DNA of 63,037 nucleotides, the filler included, from Craspedostauros australis (taxonomy: Eukaryota), in NCBI GenBank assembly GCA_030167865.1. It is 10 parts of 10 records of this genome, joined end to end, with 100 filler letters (N's around TTAATTAATTAA, not from the genome) between each part and the next. Parts side by side here need not be neighbours in the genome. Positions count along the whole stretch, not along the records: positions 6,002 to 34,633 come from JALAGF010003005.1; 9 more parts are not named here. One strand, 5' to 3'. Below the pieces are notes generated by a model. It did no database searches. It had not been told where the DNA came from and saw only the letters and a list, made by a program, of their open reading frames with translations. Of this stretch, positions 12,048 to 25,855 are shown in pieces. The position numbers and the translations under genes are program-made. Numbering within the stretch: position 1 is the first letter of the stretch; every line of letters starts with the position of its first letter.

Positions 12048-15000
12048 GAGCCGTGTTCTCTCGTATGGGCCAAGGTACGGTACGGTGCGAACATGGCATG
12101 AACATGGCATGAACATGGCATAAACGTGATATGGTACGGGAAGGGCGCAACGCAAGCACACACTAAACTTTGCCCCTCACCCGTGCATCCTCGGAGACGC
12201 ATTATCCACGACACTGCGAGTCCAGCTGAAGGGTGCACTCGGAAGTCAAGACATCATGCGGATACGGGGACGAATAGACGTATCAACACGATCCAAGCAT
12301 CAACATGGCGCCTCTTACATTATTGGTATTATTTGTATGCCAATGGGTCGATTTCTTCCACATCCAGACGGTACAAACAGTGCGAATACAGATCCAACAC
12401 GAGTGAGTCTCCGCGATGGGGCTTTGGCAATTGCCGACAATGCCCTGCGAGCATGGTTCATGTTGATTGTTGCTGGGACTCCAGACACAAGAAACAACAT
12501 GGTGTGGCAAAAAACATGGCATGGCACGACATGGAATGACCCCATCCTGTGGATCTATTGCGTCAGAATGGATGGCATGGCAAGCTACGCGGGTTGTTGC
12601 CACGACCATTGCCCACAATGCAAGAAGGATCGAACAGGTCTGCCTCTGCGTCGTATCCGGCTTGACGTCAACTTCGCACCGCTCCCAATCCTTCGCATGA
12701 GCAGCGATGGTCTCACGCGCGTGAGGTGCTGTGGAGAACTGATGAGTTTGCATGCCATGTTGGTTTGTGAGATTCAGATATCCTGTCGCAAACACATGCA
12801 ATCATGAGACGCGCGCAGGCACGCGCACATGCACGCACATACAAAGGAGAGGCATGTGGGTACAACGCATGGCCATCTCATCTATGGCACATTCATGTCC
12901 CCTCATGACCATCACATCTCTGTCACATGTAATGCACGACTGAACAAGAGAGCGAAAAGGCAAGCGCACACGCGGGGGACAAATGCGATACATAGCGACC
13001 CTTGCACAATCCCGCCGAGTACACATGACGGGTGCTTCCGCCATCTGTTCGGTGTCGACCAAACTGATGCCTCCTGCACCCAAGCAGAGGTCGCATTCAT
13101 TCCGAAAGGGGAGGAAACCGCCAACATCACGATCGAATCAAGCGAACGGGGAATGCTCATGGGATGAAGAACATGATCCTCACGCGTGCGTGTACGCGTA
13201 CGTGTACGAGTACGAGCACCCTTGCGACAAAGTGGCGCCCCAGTCCAGAGGTTCTCCCACATGACACAAGCAAGACATAGGACGGTGACGTTGCTGCAGC
13301 AGAACATTCTTCGATGGATACATTTCTCTTCCAGCTTTCGCATCGCTTCCAACACCACATCACGGCATCATATCACGACATCATATCACGTCGCGTCGCG
13401 TACAAACAACATCGGCGCAGACGCATCCCCAAGACATCTTCTTGCATCGCTTCTGCCTTTCTGGTACTGCCACCGTCGCTGGCATTGCCACTATCACATC
13501 AATTGACAAAAAATGTGGAGAAATGGCAATGATGGCAGTGGGCCAAGGGCTATCCACACCCGTGCGAACACATCCCAGACCTCACCCATACATGCACGCA
13601 GCTACGAGGCACACACATGGAAGACTACTGCTTGCTTGACGCATGCTCGTTCTCGTTCTTGTTCTCGTACCCGCACTCTACTCACGGGAAGATGCAGACG
13701 CGGAAGGGCCGTTTCGTCGTTGTTTCGGAACGCAACTCAGGAAAATGCTCCAAATCGTCTGCCTCGAGAATTGAGGTTTCCTGATCATGTGTGGATTTAT
13801 GTGGGGCCGGCCACACCATCTTCATGCATGTGCCCACATAGGAACAAAGAACAGTCACGTCATCCAAAAGGATTCTCCTTCTTGACGCACAGTCACCATC
13901 CGGAATGTTCTTGGGGTGATGGCTCATTTTTTGGCTTCGCTTGTGCAGAATTCCATCCAACGCCCGGATACGCATCAAATCCATACAATTCTCGCAATGA
14001 GGCACATGGATCAACCGTCACCAATCGCCGGGCCATCATCACATTGGACGATGCCATTTCTCCAACCAAGCGCAGAAAATGTGGCGACCCAAGCCAAGGA
14101 AACTTATTCGCATGCACTATGCGTGTTTGTGTATGACAGATCATGGTCTTTCAACAGATCACCATCCCGCCTTCTGCACCTCAACAGGTACCAACGTGGT
14201 GAGAGAGCACCACCCAAGCAAGGAAGCAAGCAAGGAAGGGCAGAATCGCGGAATGCTCGTAGACGGAATGGGCTCGTATGCAAAGAATGAGGACGAAGAC
14301 GAAGGTGCATCAGACCCCTTCGTGCAGCCTCCTTGTTCTTCGCAGTGTCTGGGATGATCGCAGCTCTTGCAGAGGTGGACACAAGTGTTACGCAAAGGGG
14401 TTTGGGATTCTTCGCAGAGCAGAGCTGACATGGCGACAGCAGAAAAGGTGCGCAAAATACACTGAAAAACAGACAGGGAGAGAGAGAGTCGCAGTGAGGG
14501 AATCGATGAGTAAGCGAGCGCGAGAGTTGGCGAGACAAGAGGGAGGAGCAGCCCTTTCTCCTTGCGCAATACAAGAATGCTTTTTTGGCTACTCTACACT
14601 TCCTCTCATTATCTGACACTGTGGCTTTGCTCACGACTCCTCCACGCCATTATTCCAAAACAGAACCGACGCAACTCCACTCAATTCGCAACACTCCTCC
14701 ATCATTGTCCAGCTCCGACCACCGCCACCGACGCCCAGCTATCCTTTGTCGACCGTTTGGACAAGACTTCGCAAGAATTGCAAACCGCAATCGCAACTGA
14801 AACCGAAGCAACACCTCGCCCTCCCACCAACCACATCGGCTGGCGCACCTCTGCTCGATCAAAGCCAGGAACGACGAAAACCATCCGAGGAACGAGCACC
14901 ACGCCGCGCAGCATCACTCTCGTTATCAATATCATCACCTCTGGTAAGTTTGACATCTCACAAAATGATACGGCTGAACATGATGCGCAGTGTTGTCGAC

Positions 15001-15815
15001 GATTCCAATGCTCTGCTTGTTTGCTGCTGTTGCTCTGCGTTCCTGTTTCAGCAAACCCGCAGAGCGACGATGTTCTCCATCCAAAACCTTTGTCCGAAGT
15101 TGCCAGTCAACCATTATGAATACTCCACAGTCATCATCACCATGGTTGGGGAGTTTGGGCCATTCACGGACTGATCCACCATGGACTGTCTCTACAGGGC
15201 TTGCTACCGTTGCGCTGGCAAAACTTCTGTGAGCACACTCGGGTGATGGACCATGTGCGGTCGAGCGGAACGGATTGCACCGGAAGATGATGAAGTGAAA
15301 CGGGCCGCAACACAACGCAACGCAACACGGCACTTGCATACTCGTATACCATGCGTACCGCATCCGTCCTCTCAACGCACAAAGCGCGGTGTGCAAAGCA
15401 CGATTTTCGATGCGTGCGATCAAGACAGCATGTCATTGGAGTGTCTGAACGTTCGCAATTGCACCATACTCGTGGGATGTTGGCCAGCCTCTCTGTGCCC
15501 GATACATCGCTGCCTCCGGACACGCAATCATTGACTTGCGAGACCACGACTACTGTGTGTTCCCTCCCCCCCCCACACAACCATCAGATGCTCAACCAAC
15601 TTACAAACTGACTCACTCAAGCGTTGACCCTTTCGCAATCGTTGTCGATCCGCTTCAACTTCCAACCAATCCCAACCATCTGCACGTTGGACGTGTTGGT
15701 CGTATTCATGCTCGTAGATCAACTCCACTTGCACTATTCCTCCACAACGCACAGCGTAAACGCAGAGTATTTGGTTAGCCTGCCGTCAAGAGCTTACATA
15801 GCCGAAGCCAAGATC

Positions 15816-18024
15816 ATGACGAAATCAAAATCAAGCCAGAAGCAGATGCAAAAGCAAAAGCTGAAGGGCAGTACCAAGGCATCAGCGAAATCGATGAAAG
15901 CCGCCAAGACCAGCTCATCCGCCATGAAGACCAAGCGCCATCCCGATGCTCCACGACGCTTCAAGCCAGCTTTCGTCTACTACTTGCAGCAGGCGCACGC
16001 GGCCGTTAGACAGAAACTCGAAGCGGAAGGATTGAAGGTGAGTGGTTGCGATCGCATGCTGTGTCTGCTCGCGCCACATCCAACGTCTATGTTTGTTGTC
16101 GGACACCGTGGGAATGTGCGACTATTGGAAGCGGAACCTCGGTTTGCTCGTCCATCACGGACAGTGGTGCCACGACTCTCTGTCCCTTTCGACGAGCGCC
16201 CCCAGTGCACGATGATCAATGATCGATGCAACATGCTCGAGAACTGACCCCCCATCGATTGCTCTCTCGAACCATTCTCTCCGTTTGCTTTTGTTTTTCG
16301 TCTTGGTGCGTGTTGTCCACACATACCTACATACACGCACACATGCGTTCGTGCGACAATATCCATCGGCTTCATCGAACCGACACAGTCCGGGATGACC
16401 GATGTTTCGCGGGTCGTTTCCACCCAATTCAAGAGCCTCAGTCCGCAGGAAAAGAGGCACTGGGAAGATCTGGCGGCACAGGACAAGGAGAGGTACGACG
16501 TCGAAATGTCCCTGTACGATGGCCCGATGAAGATCGAAGTGCCCGCCAGAAAGCGAAAGGACCCGGACGCTCCCAAACGCCCCGTTTCCGCCTACCTGGC
16601 GTACGCCAACGGGATCCGTGGCGAGGTGAAGAAGCTGCATCCCGAGCTCGATGCCAAGGGAATCTCCAGACTTCTTTCCAAGAAATGGTCCGCATTGCCT
16701 GCGCACGTCAGCAACAAGTACCGAGACGAGGTGGCCAAGAAGTATGCGGTCTACAACCAGAAGATGGCCGAGTTCAACGCCCACAAGCATGAAAGGGAGG
16801 AATTGAAGCGGCGTGAGCAAGAGGCCAACACCAAGCAGCTTGTGGAAGCCAGACGGCGTGAGGTGGCTTCTGCCGCTGCTGCTGCTGCGGCTGCCGCCGT
16901 TGTCGTTGGTGCTGCTAAGCCAGACGCAATCAACTCATCCACGGCACGGGCTGTCACCCCGAGCAGCGCGAATGACGCAAGCGCACGTACCGTGCAGGTG
17001 CTGCCGTTGAACAGCAACTGTCCAATGGTCACAGACGTCACCAAGCCGACTTACCACAGCGCCTACAAGACGCTTCGCTGCGGCCTTCCTGCCTCATCCT
17101 TCTCTCATGGCTCCGCGAGCTCCGAGTGGATGCCGCTGACCGGAGGAAGCGTGGAATCAAACGCCGCCACTGCCGCAACCACCAAGACCGAGACCACAGG
17201 CGCAGCTACAGCAACTGCCACCATGTGCGCAACCGGAAACGATGCAGCAGCAGCAATCAAGCTCGAAAGCACCACGCGTGAGGACGCGCCTGCACCACTC
17301 CCAACATTGGAAGATCTCTTCATCGATGTCCCGTCGCCTGGACGAGGTAATATCCTCTCTTCGGCGTTGCCCATGAGGAGCTCTCCATTCTTTGACAGCC
17401 CGTCCTCCACCAAGTCGCACGCAATCTACCGCAGTATCGACAGCTTCGGCAAGACGGACGCGCATGCCTTTGGCATGGACCCTGTGGCCCAAGGACACGA
17501 CTTTCCGACCAAGAACTGCCTCAGCCCTCGTCGACACGTCTATCGTCCAGCCATCCAGGACCACGATGACTTTGGCACCTTCGCACGAAGCAATTACTTC
17601 GGTAAGTTACTCATTTGTGACGCATGTACACCATCAAATCAAATCAACACGCCCCGATTCACTTGACTTCACTCCACGATGATACGCTCCGATTGTTGAT
17701 GGCTTCTCACCTTTCATTCTTCTTCTTTCGCGATCGAACCGGCTTTTGCTTCCATCACATCTCGCAGCCGAAAGCACTGCGTTTCCGATCAGAGAGAGCC
17801 AGTACAGAACATTCGACCATGCAAATGTCGGCTACTCTGCCCGCCCATACCCGCTTTCACCTGCTAGAGTGACGCCGCGGTTTCCTCCTCCGCAGCAGCA
17901 GCAACAGCAACAGCAACACTGTCACCGCCACCATCACCACCAGATGGAGTATGGCTCGCAACGATTCACCGAGCCTCGCATGAACTTCCCTTCGTTCCGT
18001 TCGACCTTTGACTACACAAAGTAA
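15816..18024 (+). CDS. Two-HMG-box DNA-binding protein; exons 15816-16037, 16389-17601, ~17870-18024
   Basis: Boxes HPDAPRRFKPAFVYY...WEDLAAQDKERY and KDPDAPKRPVSAYLAY...W..L. Intron 1 (GTGAGT...ACAG) joins box 1 in phase 0. GTAAGT donor at 17602. Last exon less certain. Confidence 0.88.
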
Positions 18025-21000
18025 ACGTGAAGTGACCCGAGATGAAGCTTGCGAATCCTCGTCCACCGCTGATTCGCAGCAGTGTCTTCACACAATATGT
18101 GATCCGCCGCTCGCCGCGCCCAACTTTTTCAACAAGAGAGAGTAAGAGAAGGCAGCAACCGCAGTCAGGCGACCAACCATCCTTCCATGTCTCTACACAT
18201 CATCGACTTGTGCAATGTGCAGGAGCCTCCACACACATACATACTCGTCTATGCAAGTGATATATCCCCGTATCCCCTTCTTTCCCTTCGTATAGTACAT
18301 GCAATCATCGACGAACGCAACCACCGAACCCACATCGCGTTGCGTCATGCCAATACCAGACGGCAAGCCAAGCGCATGCGATTCGTCAACTCTATCACAC
18401 TCGTATTATACTATTACAACATGTTTCAATAGACCACATCTTCGACGTTTCAGATCACGAGATCACTAGTAGATGATCCTACGCGGTGGCCAACCTTGAC
18501 ACAACATGGATAGAGTATTCCATGCCATTCTCTTTCTTCTGCTCTCGTTTTAGTTGATGCTGTATTAGGCACATGGAGAGAGCGCGAAGAATGACGGAGC
18601 TTGCCCCTCTATTACACCCACCACAGATACGAGTCCACAGAACGATAACTCTAGCATAACCTGACATACCAAGCCATCCAAGGCCATGCCCGAACAGCGA
18701 AACACTCATCCCATTACGAGGAGAGAGTGGTCGACAGCAAATCTCACCAAGTGGAGCTCGAGTGGTTTCACCCGTATTGATCAGAAGAGCGACAACCACA
18801 ATCACAATCGCAATCGCGGCGGCCACAACAGCTGTAGCCATAGCAGAGATGAAGATCATTTCTCGCACAACGTTTCAAGTCGAGTGTTGCTCTTCGCTTC
18901 CTTGCCACAAGGCGTGCCGTTGCGAAGAAGTTTCTGTCGGCGAGAATAGAGAGTTTTCGCATTCAGCTCCCTCAGTCGATGTCAATTGTCACAGTTCGCA
19001 TTGACTCTCGAGTAGAGAAATTACACAGGACTGATTCGTGACATAATCCTGCATGGATTAATTCGAGCGGATTTGAGTCTATCCTATGACCAATGTATCA
19101 AGTTTAGACAAGTTCGATGCATTTCCGGTTCGGCAACATCCTATTCTGGTCATGCCTGTTATGATATTGTAGATAATGGCCAGGGAATATAAATATATAA
19201 AAATTCGTTGTGATGGGATTGTCGTTGTTGTTATCTTGGATGTTGTTGTTCGAAATTGAATGCATACGGCGTAGCATCGCTACGAACATAGATATCAATC
19301 AACGACAAGAACGACCAAAACCTTACAAATGAAGCATCATGATTGGCTGTTTCTTGTTTACGCGTGGAAGTGATATTTTTTGCCGGGACTGTACGAGCTG
19401 AGAACATTTCAGTTCAGAGCGCCCGAACTGAATTCTCATCAGTTCGCCGAGGGGGAAGTTCGCATCCCGCCCCTCGAAAAGTGTCTCTATCAGGTTATGA
19501 CTCCCTTGTGGGACTGGTCGTGACTGGGTGAGCTGAGTGCGAAAACTCTCTAATAGAAAGCGAAGCAGCGCATTATTGTTTCTGGGGATTCCAGACGAGC
19601 ATGCGTCCAAGGGCCAAACGCTCGTACGCTTCTCATGTGCGACATCCTTGCCACCACACAGCAACCTCCACCACGCTGGGGAATGCATGTGGAACGAAGA
19701 GGGGTCCGAGACTCCATGAACGCCTCTCGCTTGTCTGAAAAGGGTCGCGGATTGCCTCGCCCTTGGTTCGAACCGCGTCTGCGACAATCGTGTGTTTCCA
19801 CCCTGTAGGAGCCGGTTCGCAAAAACACGATGTTGGTGTAGAATTGTGTGCGTCCAAAATCGGCACGAGGCACAACGTGTCACATGATCACTGGGCAATA
19901 AACGGGATGACTGAAGAAGAATCCTCGGATGAATCACGACTCAACCGCCTTCTTCGACTTGGTTTGAGGTGACCTGTTGGGCGCGATGCGGTAACGTTTT
20001 TAACGCCCACGACGCCATCCGGCGCCAAGCGTTCTCATCTCGTTCTTGGTTCACGTATTGTGGCTGATATTCGTGACTGAGTGACAAATGGAATAATGGA
20101 TCAACTCGACCAGAATGGACAAATCATCCACTTTCTCTGGATTTGATGTTCTCGGCGATGGCACGAGAAGATGTTGTTGTTTCGGTTGTGCTGCCGCTGT
20201 GGCTGTTTCTGCTGTTGGCGCCATGGTCAACGTTGTTTTCCCACCATTCGTCTGCGGATACTTCTGGACGATAAATTACGGACGCAACAGCAGCAAGACG
20301 ATCGCTGGAGATCATCAAGCTGGTTGGACGACTTGTACGTGCGCTCAGCAGACAACAGTCTTCCCCTGCTCTCTATACATGTACGTGTCTCTTGGTGTGA
20401 CGTTGATGCGTGGTGTGGCGTTTTCGAGTGACTCCCTTGCTCTCTGCTGATTGTGATGGTGATGCAGCGATGGCGATGCAGCGATGATGCCTGGGAGACT
20501 CATTCCATCAAAGATGAGAAGGGTGCCCAGCGGCTGATGTGTCGCGACGTTGACACGCGGAGACTTCGCTTTTGTTTTGATGTCTTGTTGATGTGGGTGG
20601 GAGGTCCCTGCAGCGGAGGGCACCAACGCGGATACCAAACAAAAGATGACAAAGTGGGCAGGGTGGGAAATGAGAACTGCACGATCACGCAGCGAGACTC
20701 CGAAGATCGGTTGATCAACGGATGAGCCCTGTCCGGATCGTTTCTCTCCGTTGACTCGTGGTGTGGTCCGCGACTCCATCCCGGAGCGCCGCATGCAACA
20801 CAGCAATGAGAGAGACAGAGAGGACAAGAACAAGAGGAATCGAAACGGAGCTGAGGCTCCGCGAAATCATACACACAAAACAATCAGATCACAACCAACA
20901 ACGCCAACCAATAGCATCCATCAAAATTGCAATACAACAAAGAAACCAACCAATCCGAACGGACCATCTCTGCCCACATCAGCACTTGAAGACAAGCAAC

Positions 21001-21143
21001 GGCAGTCTCCACAAGCAGATCGACGAAGCCTGCCGCCCCTCAATTGACACGCCACATCGCAACCTTATTGATTTCTGCCCTCCCTTTTGCTTTTTTGCGC
21101 ACTCATCATGACAGTCGCAGCTCCCATACTTCACAACAGCACC

Positions 21144-21758
21144 ATGTCATCAGGATTCACACAAACAGGCAACGCCGCATCACTGGCAAGCGCGGAGGCC
21201 GCGGAAGCGGCGCTGCTGAAGCCCAAGCCAGCCCTGGTGAAGGACAAGACGAGGAAGAAGGATCCGAAGGAGCTGACCTGGGACGAGGTCGCCATCGAAG
21301 AGCATGACCAGCTGCGGGGGACCCGAATGAAGATCGAGGAGCCCAACACACCGTACCATCACCATTCGTACGACAGCGGCAGCGAAACGGATGGCAGTCA
21401 CAGCGGACGCCGCGAGATGCGGATGAAGGAATCGCCCACGAACCGCGGACACCCGACCATATCGTGGGACACGCTGCAAAACAAGCTCGACAGCGTCGCT
21501 GCTGTGCGCGAGCAGTACCCGTCCTCGCCAAGCAGCCAGGGGATGGCCGCCGCCGGTAGCGGAGAAGAGGGTGAGATGGATCTGGAGAGCGATAAGATGG
21601 AGGGCGTGGACAAGCAACGAACAGAAATGAAGAAGCTGGAGTTCCAGGAACATCGCAAGCGTCACTACAACGAAATGGAGCTCGTTCGCAAATGGAGGCA
21701 GGAGCACCCCGATGGTGGAATGGGCGACGATGAGAATGATGCGGATGATGAAACGTGA
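21144..21758 (+). CDS. Protein phosphatase 1 inhibitor-2 (IPP-2/Glc8 family)
   Basis: Hallmark motifs LTWDE...MKIEEPNTPY and FQEHRKRHYNE; acidic tail. Confidence 0.92.
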   Translation: MSSGFTQTGNAASLASAEAAEAALLKPKPALVKDKTRKKDPKELTWDEVAIEEHDQLRGTRMKIEEPNTPYHHHSYDSGSETDGSHSGRREMRMKESPTNRGHPTISWDTLQNKLDSVAAVREQYPSSPSSQGMAAAGSGEEGEMDLESDKMEGVDKQRTEMKKLEFQEHRKRHYNEMELVRKWRQEHPDGGMGDDENDADDET

Positions 21759-23299
21759 GAGCTGTGGATGTTGCCGCTGCGCCGGCAGCTGCTGTCGGCG
21801 ATGGGTGCCCACTCCCGAAGGAATTGCGGTTATGCGAACCCGAAGGTGCCCATCACCACGACAAAAGAGAAGGCAAAACCAGATGATGTGATGCGAAGAC
21901 CGACACGCACACAACAGAGAGGGAGACAGAGACGGAGGCAGCCCAGACAATGAGAACGCTATGTCCAGTGAGGCGCGCTATGGCAATGCGCGACAGTAGA
22001 GAAGCAGTGCAGAGTCCGCCACCGCCGATGGCCATCAGTAAGGCGATCAACAACTTTGATGATGTTACGAGAATGATAGGAGTCACTTAGTCGTACTATG
22101 CTAGTTTTATGTTCTGTAAGCCTCGATACGACCACATCTTCAGTTGCGGAGTGTGTCAGACTACCAATAGACAGTGCTTGAGAGTACAAGTGTGTATAGT
22201 AGGTCGTTGTTCTCGACCCTCTCTGGGGTTGGAGATTGATTTTTTGTGGCCAGTGCAGATTCACCGACCGCATTGCCACATACTCGCACTGGCTGAGCAA
22301 TGTTGAAGGTTAATACATGCTGAACCACCGCATTGAGTACGCACATGGGGCACATTCCTCGTGTGCTGACGTGACGGACGCTGTTAGAAGGACCTAATTT
22401 CACGATGGTAGCTCGAGGTCTTTGCTGCCGACTCGACACGTTTTAATGTGTATTCGTTGTGACGATGGATAAAGTCCTCCTTGTCTAAGTGATGACATAA
22501 CTCCCAACTATAATACAGATTACCATAGGGAGGAAAAGGCGGCCTGGCCTGTTCATGAAGCTTAACTACGAGCTACAGTTCCTGGCACCTCGTGTTCCAT
22601 CCACCCAAAATTGAAAAGCGCTGCACACATTCAAGCGCATGACACCACATCGACACGCCTTCAAGTAAGGTACGCGTGCGTGTACTCTCCCTACTAATAC
22701 GTACGTACAACGAATAGCAGCGGATGCCATTTTGAAGAGGCAAGAAAACACAACGAGAACGCAGAAACACCGAAACAGAGACCAAAGGTGATGACGAACA
22801 CAACAACAACACGAAGTTTGCAGGGCCTTTACGGTTGCAGAGACCAACATCATCCACTTCCCCACTTCCTCATTCTCCCTCTCACTCTCACTCTCACACA
22901 ACAATAGCTTCACCTCGCTCTCACTCTCACATCGCCCCACATCACATCACTCCACCTCCAGAGCAAGACCAAACAGCAACGATACCTTCCACACAAGTGC
23001 GAGGGAGAGTATAGTATTGTATAATACGAGCAAAAACACAAACACAGACACAAACACAAACAACCTAAGCTCAGGCCAGGCCTGCAAACCAAGAGAATTC
23101 CCATAGGTCGTAGGTCGCAGAGTATCCGGCTCCACTCTCAAGCTCGCTCTCGCGCTTGTGATCCTGCGTCTATTTGTGTCACAGTCCACATTGATCCACG
23201 CTGGTTCGCATTGGTCAACAACTGCATCAACAACAGCATCAACAATCACAACAATCTCACTGTCCACCTCCGAGTCCAACCGGAAGACATTGAAAGACG

Positions 23300-25679
23300 A
23301 TGCCCCCAGCCATGACACCAATCACCCCTCCGCAACCTTCGCAGGTGACAGGGAGGAAGCACCATGGCGATGGCACACCCAAGCTAACGGAAGACACCGC
23401 AACGGTGGTCTCCGCCGCATCCTCCTCCGCGCCGCAGTCTGCTTCCGAAGCCGCACCCCTCGGACTGGTCTCGAATGATCCCAATCCACCATCGCGGCAT
23501 GGAATGGATGTCATCATCCCGAACGATGCGGACTTCGTCGACTTCACGCCACCCTCCACGGAGCAGCTGCATTGGAATCACGATCGCATCCTCGCCAACG
23601 AGATGAAGTCCCTCACCATGCAGCAGCGGGAGAAGGTCTACGAAGAGATCCACGGCGTCTCGACGGCCCTCGAGGAGACGCCTGAGATTCTCGAGACCGC
23701 GCTACAGCAGCTGCAGACGGCCATCGACAAGATCCCGCGCAAAGCGGCCTACCTGCAGGCCTTGCAACAGAACGCGGACTTCGTCCTCGATCGCAACTTC
23801 CAGCTGCGGTTCCTGCGTTCGCAAGCGCACAACGCCAAGGACGCGGCGCATCGTCTCGTGCGCCATTTCGAGACCAAGCTAGAGCTGTGGGGCGCCGATA
23901 AGCTCACGAAGAACATCACCATAGACGATTTTGACGACGAAATGAAGCAGCTCTTCTTTGATGGTGGCAGCATGCAGCTGCTGCCATGTCGCGACACGTC
24001 GGGAAGAGCGATCACGCTGTCGTGGGAGAAGTACCAACGCCAATTCTTCCGCACCGACGATCCCAAGCATTTCATGGTGCGTGTTTTGGAATCGATGATG
24101 TTAATTCATGTGAAGTATCCGTATCGTGTTTTATCGCGGCAAGGCGTGGTGTGACGTGGCAAGGCGTGGGGTAATATGCTGTCATATGCTGTGATATGCT
24201 GTAAACCTTATGTGCCTCGAGCGTATGTATGCATTGCCATCTTCTCACGATGAACCGAACCTTGCTCGTCGTATCACATCCTAACACGCTCAACGCAATG
24301 CATCCAACAAAATACACTGCAACACTACGATTCACTACACTCAATACAGAACCGTCTGTTTTGGTACTACATGATGTCATTCTCGGAGGATGTCGAGACG
24401 CAAATCAACGGCATCGTCTACATCGGTTACGGTCTCGACTTCGTTGCGCGCTTGGATGAGGATGAATTGAATGTCTGGTGGGGATGCTGCGGCGTGGCCA
24501 ACGTCATGCCGGTCCGCATCACGGGATTCCATTACTGCTACAACGATCCCAAGCTGCAGCCCATCATCTCCCTGCTTTCGCTCGGCGTCGTCGGCACAGT
24601 GCGCTGCCGTATTCGAACTCATCTCGGTACGTTGCCTTTCCTATTCACGGTATTGCGTGAAATTGCGTTGCATTGGATCGCATTGAACATCTGTGAATGT
24701 GTTCCAGTGTTGATTGACCCGTGCGCAGTATTCTGCTGTGCTTTCGATTGTAATGCCTACGGTGTATACGGTGTGTCTGCCTTTTTCTCGTGATGCCAAC
24801 TCTGCGACACTCACAAAACCTCTCGCTCCATTCGACATCACACTGCCACACTATTGCAATGTCACAATGTCCACCACAGGAACGCACCAGGAATGCCTGT
24901 ACTCATTGATGACCTTCGGCATACCGTACGATGCCTTGCCAATCAACACTGACGGGGAATGGCGACGCACGAGCTTCCTCAAATGGGCCCAGCGCCGATA
25001 CAAGAAGGAGCAGAACATTGAAAAGTACAAGGACGCCGTGGAGCTACCCTCGCGTTCGGACGTTCTGCTCGGCCGTGGCAAGCCAAACCAGGCGCACGCA
25101 GGAAACAAGTACCTGCACGATGTGATAGCCAGCAAGTACGAACAGTACGACATGTCCAGCCGGCGCGAAAAGACAAAGATTGCCACGGATCTAGTGCAGT
25201 CGATCAAGGATGCATCTGGACGATTCCTCAAGCGTGATGAGAATGACATCTGGATGGAGGTGGATGACCACACTGCGAGGGAGAAAGTGTGCCACGGCTT
25301 CCGCAGAAAGCGCGAGGTGAATACCATCACGATGAAGCAAACCGCCATGGCCGAAGCTGCACAGCAACAACAGCGGTTACGCCAGAAGCATGAGCAGATG
25401 CTGGCGTCCACGACACTACTACCGCAAATGACAGGATCGGCAGCATCGTGGAACTTCATGAGCCAGCAAGCCCAGCAGCAGGTGTTGATGCAGCGCGCCT
25501 TTGGTTCCATGGCGGCAGGAGGGGGCGCGGACATGAGCAATGGAGGGATTGGAAGCGGCAAGTGCATGCAATTCCCAGCAATGGGGTTTGGCAGCAACAA
25601 CGAGGTTAACAACGTTCAATTTCCGATGCAGCAGCAGCAGCAGTGTTGTTCCTTCCAGCCAATGCCCAACACATGGTAA
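23300..25679 (+). CDS. CRAL-TRIO-like + DUF6824 domain protein; exons 23300-24076, 24350-24626, 24880-25679
   Basis: Motifs REKVYEEIHGV, FQLRFLR, RDTSGR, HYCYND, GTHQECLYSLMTFGIP and the DUF6824 motif DVLLGRGK..HAGN..GRFLK..W.EV...AREKV..GFR. GT-AG introns preserve the frame. Confidence 0.9.
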
Positions 25680-25855
25680 ATGTGAGCGTGAGTGTGAATG
25701 TGAGATACAATACACCGCAATCACTCATCAATAGCTCATTGGGAACAGATTTGGGTCGAATCAAAATCTATAAAATGTTCTAAAAATGGATTCATACATT
25801 CCTCTACGCCATACGAGTACGAAGTGAGTGGCACGAACATGGTGCTCCTGGCAGC

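Noticed and set aside
12100..15800. Many 60-200-aa ORFs and short tandem repeats (ACATGGCATGA x3, GTGTAC-type)
   Set aside because: No motifs or codon bias; ordinary intergenic or UTR sequence.
18430..20900. Possible degraded element or gene between the HMG and IPP-2 genes
   Set aside because: No TIR/TSD, repeat partner or protein motif found by eye.
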